NCBI GenBank assembly: GCA_043732305.1
Contig: JAYTHU010000192.1
Location: forward strand, 1 to 25,503
Source of the DNA: Oligoflexia bacterium
GTDB lineage: Bacteria > Bdellovibrionota > Bdellovibrionia > JABDDW01
Length of the DNA: 25,503 bases
Reading direction: 5' to 3'
Positions within the stretch are counted from its first letter, which is position 1; every line of letters starts with the position of its first letter. The position numbers and the translations under genes are program-made. Shown piece by piece: positions 18,694 through 25,503 of the stretch. The notes beneath the pieces were generated by a model. It ran no database searches. It had not been told where the DNA came from and worked only from the letters and a program-made list of their open reading frames with translations.

Positions 18694-18912
18694 TTGCCCA
18701 TGATTTTAGATAACAAAAAACGAAAGCACATGGGCCCTCTGGTTTTCATACGCTTTGAATATCAGAGTGAAGATATCGCGCGGTACTATCTCCGCCAGCC
18801 TGAAACGAACAATCACATTGAAATGTCCAAGGTTCGGTTTAACATGCTTGTTAGGCGCGGGCACGCCTCAAGAGTCGACGAGATATTTAATATTTCTACC
18901 TGGGAACTCTAA
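18694..18912 (+). CDS. Hypothetical small protein
   Basis: Fills an otherwise empty intergenic gap; no recognised motif. Confidence 0.3.
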   Translation: MPMILDNKKRKHMGPLVFIRFEYQSEDIARYYLRQPETNNHIEMSKVRFNMLVRRGHASRVDEIFNISTWEL

Positions 18913-18965
18913 GCAAGCCAATTTCATTTTATTGATTTCGATAACAAGCCAGAGAGTCCCAAATC

Positions 18966-20437
18966 CTAAAGCGATCGCAGGAAATTTAACAGATCTTGTT
19001 TCTCGGCTGGGGACAGATTATTATATTGTTTGATTACTCCATTGGCTTCTGATCCTGGACTGGCGTGCTGCTGAATGGCTTCTTCTATATTCGAAGTTCT
19101 TCCATCATGTAGAAAAAAAGCTCGCTGACCAATTCCCCAAAGCGGAGATGAACGAAATTGATCCGTTCCCGCAAGTCCTTGGGTCACGCCATCATCAAGG
19201 TTTGTACCCAATGATGAACAAGAAGGTCTGAATATAAATTAGCAAAAGCAAACTGCGAATATGAGAAATAATTTGAGGGAACGGTTCTTAAGCTAGGTGT
19301 ATGGCATAACGCACACTGAACTTTGCTGGCAAATAAATTTCTCCCTCGGCTAATTGACGGCTCTCCACCAGGAGAAGTTGTCGAAGGAACAGGGGGACTG
19401 AGGTAGCGCATAAAAGTTGAAAATTGCACCACGTCGCTTGGTACGGCAGCAGGTGTTCGAGCGGCAGGGTTGATTGTATCTTCAGGCAGAGTATTAAACG
19501 AACAAGAATCAGGCAAAGACTTTCCGGGGCTGGGCCGTTCAGATTGAAACAGCTCACTTGTCACTCCCATTTCGACGTTGTAAGCCTCTCCAGAAAATAT
19601 TTGAAGAGATTTGTTTTGAGCTTTCCAACCAAATCTTGTGATAGTTCCGTCATTTCCATTTCGATTAGCCAATCCCGAAATTCCCAAAACTTTTTTGGCA
19701 TTTTTCTCAAAAGCCATATTTTCTAAAATTGTTCTATCAGAAATGTTCTCAATCAATCCTGCGCCAAATGTTGGTGTGGGAATGCGGTAGGAAATATTAC
19801 CGAGCTTCCCATTCCACTGAAAATCAGGCTGCGTGATACTGCAAGTTTGTGCTTCACCAGAAATGCCAACTGCGTTGGTTGCGTCAGGCCTGCCAGAAAT
19901 TGTATAGAGAGCGTGAACACCGCCGTCTGCAACAGGAGTGACTTTTCCGTTAGAATCTAGAAAAAATTTGAGGCGTGCTTCTCTAACAGGGCCGTCCAAA
20001 GTTATAAAAAATGGAACGAAATTTTTTGCTCCATCGTGCGTTGCCGCCTCCACTTGAGGATTTGGGCCAATATAAGGGTATGCAGAAATCCTAGGACTTG
20101 AGCCTCCGGGAGAAGGTTGAGAATGGCAACTCACGCAACTGATTGAGTTGTATCTTGGTCCCAGACCACCATTTGTTTCATTGGGAATTGTGCCACTCAC
20201 GGAATCGACAATTTTGAAACGTTGCAAACCGTCGTCAAAAAAAGATTGTTGCGCGGGGCTTAGTGATGAAAATGGTGCCCCGGCATCAACATGTCCCGCC
20301 CTCACGCCAGGGTCAGCTACCACAAGAGACGTTATTTGTGTCATTGAATTTTGCGCCAGAACAGTGGTTTCTGAATTGCTCCAGATAAATATTAAAAAAA
20401 TAGAGATATAAAATCGAGAACGATTTAGGCAAAGCAT
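18966..20437 (-). pseudogene. Di-heme oxidoreductase (DHOR family) gene with a 1-nt frameshift at 19211/19210
   Basis: GLGPRYNSISCVSCH, FGAGLIE, RFGWKA, EAYNVEMG, CALCH, YSDLLVHH in one ORF; GTNLDDG, FRSSPLWG, FLHDGR, DLLNFLRSL in the next frame. Confidence 0.85.
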
Positions 20438-20513
20438 AAGAACTCCTTACTTCGCAATCTCGTACAGAAAAAAACTAAGCAGACAGCTCTAAGTTAATTT
20501 TTAAGTTTCTGGG

Positions 20514-20771
20514 TCACCCCGGTAATTTGCATCTTGGAGGTGGAGGCGGCGGATTACCTCCGCTAGGCTTAGCAAATCCTTTTGCGGTCAGACATGTTGT
20601 CATGGCCGTTTGATCAGGTCTGCCGTTCGATTCTTTGGAGACTGTTGATGCACAGGATTCTAAAGCAGCCTCAAAAGCGGGATTACCGTCCTCAGGAGGT
20701 GCATCGGCGTGAGCACTCGAAGCGAATAAAAATCCGACTATAAGAAATGATTTAAAAACTGACTGATTCAT
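20514..20771 (-). CDS. Small secreted Cys-containing protein with poly-Pro tail
   Basis: GGGGAG RBS then ATG 20771; signal peptide ending AHA; three Cys; NPPPPPPR. Confidence 0.8.
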   Translation of the reverse strand: MNQSVFKSFLIVGFLFASSAHADAPPEDGNPAFEAALESCASTVSKESNGRPDQTAMTTCLTAKGFAKPSGGNPPPPPPRCKLPG

Positions 20772-20800
20772 ATACTCCCCTTTTGTTGTTCTACAAGCTG

Positions 20801-20826
20801 GACGTAGGGCGAGTAAGAAACGTTTC
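20801..20826 (-). promoter_or_regulatory. ECF-type promoter motif 1
   Basis: GAAACG (20826-20821), N16, CGTC (20804-20801), about 30 nt upstream of ATG 20771. Confidence 0.75.
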
Positions 20827-20912
20827 ATCATATTTTAAGATCAAGCTAAGTATTTGATTTTTTTAGGGATGTTTATTGGGCGAAGACTGACTAAATGTTA
20901 GGCTATAGTTAC

Positions 20913-22457
20913 ATGCGCTTTCCCAACATATTACACCTCTTGGTGATCATTGCCATTTTTGCAGCATCTTATTCAGGTGCAGATGAAATTTCGCCGCAGG
21001 ATAAATTCCGCGAGGCTGCAAAAGCTTTTAGTTTGAAAAACTTTAATCTCGCAGTGAGCTATCTCAAAAATCTCGCGGAAAATAAACCGTCCAATGCACT
21101 TTATTGGTTTAATCTTGGCGCGGCTTATTTTTCGTTAGAAAAATATGCTGAATCAACAGATGCTTTCCAGAGGGTGGTCAATCTTCAAAGCCCTCTCTCG
21201 AGAGCCGCGCGTCTTTATCTCGCCAAAGCTCAAATGAGTCTCGGCAAATATACAGAAGCGTATTTGCTTTTATCTAAACTTTCCAAAGAGAGGGACCTAG
21301 CAGTTAACTTAAAATCTCAAGTAGAGGGGCAACTTAAAATCACGAGGGCTGAAATTTTCAAGCAGGCAGAGAATCTATATGAGCATCAGAAATATGAAGA
21401 AGCAAAATCTCACATCTTACTATTGAGAGATGACAAGATGGATGCTGATATTGATTTCTTTTTGGGACTCATTGCTCTGAAGCTCAACGATAAGTCTACC
21501 GCCAATCAGTTTTTTGAAAGTTCTCAAAATAAAAATCAAGACGCAGAGATCACGCATTTTTCAAGCTTGCTCTCTGAGCACATTTCAAAATTAAGTTCCC
21601 ATTTTTATGGCCGAGCAAGTGTGTCCGGAGGATTTGACTCTAATATTTACCAATATCCTATTTCATCAACGAACGTGGGAAGTGGTCTTTTGACGGCAGA
21701 TTTTGATTTGAGATTTCCGCTACTGGCCAAAGAAGATTACATGATCACTTTAAACTTCTACCCACAGTGGGTCGAGTCGTTGGGACATTCAGACAACCGC
21801 TACGTCTCGGCAGCAGCTTCCATTCCCGTTGGAATTAGGTTAAGTCATAATTTAAGTTTAGAGATGGCCCCAAGTTTAAAATATCAAAATCTAGGATCAC
21901 AATCGTTGACTCTTTCGCCTGGAATCTACGGGGCGATTAATTTTCTATTTGGCAATGCCACATTGAAGTTGAGTGCTAACTACGATCAAAACATTGCTGA
22001 AAGTTCAGCGTATAGTTATCTTCAAGGATATTCATTTCTTAGCTTTGCTACTTTAACTTCTTTGGTTTCCTCGATAACACTGGAAGCAAGAGCGGGCTGG
22101 CATGTCGAAAGCAACCAAGATTATCAATCCGGACCAGCCAATTATCCACTAGCTTTTGTAGCCCCACTAGCTTCTTTCAGGGCTTTTATTCCTCTGGGCG
22201 AGCGCATGCGTTTTTCACCTTCGGTAAGTTCGGAGTGGCGCCAATATTTTACGATGGCGCGACCAGAAAATATTCAAAGATCAGATGTATATGTAGATTT
22301 GGGAGGGCGATTGTCTTACTTTAACAATATGAAACACGAGATATTTTTATCATTTGAGCAAATTTTAAATTCGACCAATTTAGGGACAGCTAGTTCACTC
22401 GATAGAAATTTTAATGAATCGAGAATTGTTGTTGGTTCAGCTTTGGAATTCCAATGA
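20913..22457 (+). CDS. TPR-repeat protein with C-terminal outer-membrane beta-barrel
   Basis: Signal peptide; TPR-like WFNLGAAYFSLEKYAES, LYLAKAQMSLGKY, FFLGLIALKL; barrel begins ASVSGGFDSNI; ends IVVGSALEFQ (beta-signal-like). Confidence 0.82.
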   Translation: MRFPNILHLLVIIAIFAASYSGADEISPQDKFREAAKAFSLKNFNLAVSYLKNLAENKPSNALYWFNLGAAYFSLEKYAESTDAFQRVVNLQSPLSRAARLYLAKAQMSLGKYTEAYLLLSKLSKERDLAVNLKSQVEGQLKITRAEIFKQAENLYEHQKYEEAKSHILLLRDDKMDADIDFFLGLIALKLNDKSTANQFFESSQNKNQDAEITHFSSLLSEHISKLSSHFYGRASVSGGFDSNIYQYPISSTNVGSGLLTADFDLRFPLLAKEDYMITLNFYPQWVESLGHSDNRYVSAAASIPVGIRLSHNLSLEMAPSLKYQNLGSQSLTLSPGIYGAINFLFGNATLKLSANYDQNIAESSAYSYLQGYSFLSFATLTSLVSSITLEARAGWHVESNQDYQSGPANYPLAFVAPLASFRAFIPLGERMRFSPSVSSEWRQYFTMARPENIQRSDVYVDLGGRLSYFNNMKHEIFLSFEQILNSTNLGTASSLDRNFNESRIVVGSALEFQ

Positions 22458-23008
22458 CGAAATCTAATAAATTTTCAGAACAAGAGCAGGCTCTTTTGAT
22501 CGCCACTATCGACAACCTTATGAATGGTGACACTGCTGCGCAAGGAACACTTGTAGAGCTAACCCAAAATCGTTTATACAGATTTTCTTTGTATCTTTGC
22601 GGGAATAGAGAGCTGGCTCAAGATCTCTGCCAGGACGCTTACATTAAAGTATTTCGTTCCATATCAACTCTTAAAGATCCGGCCGCTTTTATGGGCTGGC
22701 TCTTTCGAATTGCAAAGAACGTCTTCTTGGACCGGTGTGATTCTCAAGGCCGTCAACAGGTAGGTTTCAAAGAAGATTTGGCCAAAAGTCTCGAGGCTGA
22801 GCTCAAAGAAGAGGATTTGGATTTAGCCATCGGAGTGAGACGAGTTCTTGAAACTCTCGAACCTGAAGATCGCCTGCTGATACTAAGCGTGGACTTAGAA
22901 GGACTCAGCTATTCAGAAGCTGCTGAATTGATTGGGGTTTCAGAGATGGCCGTTCGCTCCCGCCTACATCGTCTTAGAGATGAGCTGATTAAAAAGTTTA
23001 AAAAATAA
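22454..23008 (+). CDS. ECF RNA polymerase sigma factor
   Basis: Region 2 LAQDLCQDAYIKVF and FMGWLFRIAKN; region 4 EGLSYSEAAELIGVSEMAVRSRLHR; ATGA overlap with the TPR gene. Confidence 0.95.
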   Translation: MTKSNKFSEQEQALLIATIDNLMNGDTAAQGTLVELTQNRLYRFSLYLCGNRELAQDLCQDAYIKVFRSISTLKDPAAFMGWLFRIAKNVFLDRCDSQGRQQVGFKEDLAKSLEAELKEEDLDLAIGVRRVLETLEPEDRLLILSVDLEGLSYSEAAELIGVSEMAVRSRLHRLRDELIKKFKK

Positions 23009-23009
23009 T

Positions 23010-23035
23010 GAAACGATTCATGAAGTTCACCCGTC
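23010..23035 (+). promoter_or_regulatory. ECF-type promoter motif 2 (between sigma and anti-sigma)
   Basis: GAAACG (23010-23015), N16, CGTC (23032-23035). Confidence 0.75.
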
Positions 23036-23061
23036 TAGCAAGGTGAAGGAGCATATAAGAC

Positions 23062-23649
23062 ATGGCCACATCTCAAGATGATCAAAATTCAAATGTTTCT
23101 GCGGCTGATGCCGAAAAGCTTTCCCAAGCGCTCTTTTCTCAGATCGCTGAACTTGAGCTTTCGCCTGGACCTTTTTTAAAGACACGCATTCTTGCTCATC
23201 AGAAAGAAATCGATTCTAAAAAGATTAGAATTGCCTGGTGGAAAAAATCGGCAATTGGCGCTTTTTCTTTAGCGATTCTCTTTGCGTTCTCTTCACTTTT
23301 TTTAAACTTTAAATATGAAGCTTTAGTGAATCAAACTATGGCTATTCGTATTGACACTAAAGCTGTGGGCAAGGATTTGGGAAAAGTTGCCTATGTCCGC
23401 ATTGAACTTCCCGATGGAGTTAATTTCCAATCTAAATCTTATCCTGACTTGGCAAAACTAAACTCACTCACTTTAGCTTGGAATGCGAGTCAATCGATCG
23501 ATAAAATCCCTATTTTGATCAGGTCTTTTCAAGGTGGGACTAAAGAAGTTAACGTTTCTTTTCTAGATAATAACTCTCGCCTTTTATCTTCTGAAAAGAT
23601 TCACATTCGCTTTAAAACAGAAGCTTCCTCTAAAAAAGGTATCATATGA
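23062..23649 (+). CDS. Putative anti-sigma factor (cytoplasmic N-terminus, one TM, beta-rich periplasmic domain)
   Basis: Directly after the ECF; PGPFLKTRILA helix, WWKK then TM; AAGGAG RBS. Confidence 0.72.
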   Translation: MATSQDDQNSNVSAADAEKLSQALFSQIAELELSPGPFLKTRILAHQKEIDSKKIRIAWWKKSAIGAFSLAILFAFSSLFLNFKYEALVNQTMAIRIDTKAVGKDLGKVAYVRIELPDGVNFQSKSYPDLAKLNSLTLAWNASQSIDKIPILIRSFQGGTKEVNVSFLDNNSRLLSSEKIHIRFKTEASSKKGII

Positions 23650-24023
23650 AAAAAAGTTTTATCAGCTTCACGCTTATTGTTCTTTCAATATCCTCTACGA
23701 CCTTTGCTAATGACGAAGTTCAGTTTGCAACTCAAGAAGATGAAAAAGCCTTTGATTCTTTATTGAAGAATCAGCCTGGCCAGCTTCCCCCCGCCGCTCA
23801 AGCTGTAAAGCAAAACGAAAAGAAATTTCTGAGAAATGCGGCACAGGATATTCAAAAACAAAACAACGTGAGACCCCAAAATATCCCGAGTGGCGCTCCA
23901 AATTTAAATTCCAATGGACCGGCCATGCCCCCAAGCGGCATGCTACCCCCACCGCCCCGGCCAAACGGCATTCCAGGCGGGCAAAATTCAAACTCGGGAC
24001 AACCCCCCCTACCTCCGCATTGA
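23646..24023 (+). CDS. Secreted Pro/Gln/Asn-rich protein
   Basis: Signal peptide ending TFA; low-complexity Pro-rich C-terminus; ATGA overlap. Confidence 0.8.
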   Translation: MKKSFISFTLIVLSISSTTFANDEVQFATQEDEKAFDSLLKNQPGQLPPAAQAVKQNEKKFLRNAAQDIQKQNNVRPQNIPSGAPNLNSNGPAMPPSGMLPPPPRPNGIPGGQNSNSGQPPLPPH

Positions 24024-24064
24024 TATGGGCCATTTGTAACTCTATTTATTACATTTAAATTCAA

Positions 24065-24090
24065 GAAACTATTCTCTTCACATGACCGTC
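24065..24090 (+). promoter_or_regulatory. ECF-type promoter motif 3
   Basis: GAAACT (24065-24070), N16, CGTC (24087-24090), 45 nt before ATG 24136. Confidence 0.7.
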
Positions 24091-24135
24091 TTCCCTAAGG
24101 AAGGTAATCGCCGGTAATTGACGGCGGGGGGACAT

Positions 24136-24681
24136 ATGTTGTGGTGGTTTCTGATTTTAGAATTTGCTACGCCGTCATATTCGCAGGCTAGTGATAATGA
24201 AAAAAATCACTTCTCCATTGAATTTGTTGGGGGCAGCCTCACCTACCACGTCGTGAGCGGAGATGCTTTAATGTATTCCCATAAAGTTAGCGCCGATGGA
24301 CGGTTGATTGACAACCCCCTTTACGGAATTGGAGCAAGTTACTATTTCGCAGAAAACTCAATTTATATCACGGGAAGATTCTTCAAAGGAAATAACTCAA
24401 TCAATCAGCCGATAAATGGCGGAACGTTTTCTGTCGGTAAAGGCTTTAAGTATTTAGACGTAGGATTTATTATTGGAGGTTACGTCCAAAATGATTACGA
24501 TTTTATAAAATCAAATGTCATGCCCTTTTCGATCACGCCCGGCTCAAACGCCGTCGTGCCACTCATTGGAATTGAACTCAATCCGAAAATTCCTTTAGGT
24601 GAAAGCTTCTATATTAAAATAATTAATATACTCACCCCTCTAGTGACGAACCATACGCTAGCATTTGGGATTAATTTTTAG
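24136..24681 (+). CDS. Small outer-membrane beta-barrel protein, possibly PagP-like
   Basis: G-rich RBS before ATG 24136; alternating aromatic/Gly strands; terminal FGINF. Confidence 0.7.
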   Translation: MLWWFLILEFATPSYSQASDNEKNHFSIEFVGGSLTYHVVSGDALMYSHKVSADGRLIDNPLYGIGASYYFAENSIYITGRFFKGNNSINQPINGGTFSVGKGFKYLDVGFIIGGYVQNDYDFIKSNVMPFSITPGSNAVVPLIGIELNPKIPLGESFYIKIINILTPLVTNHTLAFGINF

Positions 24682-25334
24682 TCGTCTAGCTGGATGGGGC
24701 ACGGAAAAATTTCAGATAGAGATCAAAGGGGCTTTCCAGGTTTTACAAGCGGACAGTTCAACCCCTCGATTTTCGTATATAGAAAATTCCCCTGGTCCCG
24801 ACTCCGATTCTACCGCAACGGCTCCCCTTCGTGTAGGCATCCTTAGAAAAATTGCTGCCTTTGGATCACGCGACAGGATTTTAGCAAATCCAAAACGTTT
24901 ATCTAAAACAAGCTTCTAAGATCATTAAGGGGCCAAAGACGAATGACATTCACACTTTTTTTATGGAAGCGCATTTTCGGTGGAGAGTCCACCGGGGTTT
25001 CCGCAAGACTCTTGCAAGTTGATGATATTACTAAAAAAAGAGTGGCGTTCCCTGGTTGGTGAGTTTCGAACCGCTTGCCTCGCTTTAGCTGCTTAGACTA
25101 TCGGACGGACTGGGCTTGAAGTCCGCCTGGTCGCGCTTGCATCATTTCCTGATAGAAGTCGCTCACGGTATCCATTCCTTTTACCTTTTTAGCAATGAGT
25201 TCAACTTTAGGAATGAGTTGCTCATCAAACCTTAACGGACGAAGATATGAATCTTCTAATTCCTTTGGGTCTCGAAAAAAGGCCATAAATTCCCTCAAAA
25301 ATGCGACTCACAGTTTAGTGTTTTGGTACCAAAG

Positions 25335-25503
25335 GGGACCTTGCCCCACGTTTAGTTGGAATTGGTTGAGTGGCGGTTTATTTCTTACGCAACTTGATTC
25401 CCCAAGTCAATTTCTTTTTTCTCAGTTAACAATCTTAGTTTAACCCACAGTGCCGGCAAATCTCTGAAACCTCTAACCTTTCTCATTCGCTGTTCATTGG
25501 CTA
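25335..25503 (-). mobile_element. Downstream end of an IS256-family-like insertion sequence (runs off window)
   Basis: Transposase-like C-terminus followed by an IR-like end, GGGACCTTGCCCCACGTTTAGTTGGAATT on +; exact boundary uncertain by a few nt. Confidence 0.6.
25385..25503 (-). CDS. Transposase C-terminal fragment, IS256-like (partial)
   Basis: Manual translation ANEQRMRKVRGFRDLPALWVKLRLLTEKKEIDLGNQVA* resembles the E-K/R-x-R-R/K-V/I-x-G-Y/F-x-x-L-P end of IS256 transposases. Confidence 0.6.
   Translation of the reverse strand, partial: ANEQRMRKVRGFRDLPALWVKLRLLTEKKEIDLGNQVA

Noticed and set aside
19205..19220. Programmed ribosomal frameshift in the DHOR gene
   Set aside because: No slippery heptamer at the site; a single lost A explains it and restores the conserved Met.
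20482..20509. Fourth ECF motif upstream of DHOR (GAAACT-N18-TGTC, minus)
   Set aside because: Spacing 2 nt off and -10 mismatched; read-through from motif 1 is simpler.
20772..20831. Longer start for the small secreted protein
   Set aside because: Extension overlaps the ECF motif; RBS and signal peptide point to 20771.
23707..24064. Minus-strand ORFs over the Pro-rich gene
   Set aside because: Gly-rich antisense shadows of Pro codons.
1..25503. CRISPR arrays, tRNA/rRNA, long tandem repeats, known anti-phage defence genes
   Set aside because: None recognised by eye; small structured RNAs cannot be excluded without a covariance-model search.

Overview
AT-rich bacterial chromosomal window of accessory genes. 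A Bdellovibrionota/Oligoflexia-like origin is a tentative inference from gene content and a C-terminal RMPAS motif. Left part: end of an alpha/beta hydrolase, a truncated NAD(P)-binding epimerase remnant, an Old Yellow Enzyme, an SRPBCC-GST-SDR operon, a decayed amidohydrolase remnant, a DUF4383-like protein, a DEAD-box helicase, and an antiparallel-overlapping DUF5522-like/COG4280-like pair. Middle: a coupled olsB-like/olsA-like/M14 peptidase/alpha-beta hydrolase operon (amino-lipid metabolism), an AIM24 protein, a secreted coiled-coil protein and a GHL15-like lipoprotein. Right: a 1470-aa RND permease fused through an internal signal-peptide-like linker to a TolC-like domain, with no adaptor gene in the window and a Pro-Pro-tailed leader ORF upstream; a di-heme (DHOR) gene split by one missing base; an ECF sigma/anti-sigma module co-transcribed with a TPR plus beta-barrel protein, with three matching GAAAC(G/T)-N16-CGTC promoter motifs outlining its local regulon; and the end of an IS256-like element. 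All family assignments come from motif recognition by eye; no searches were run.
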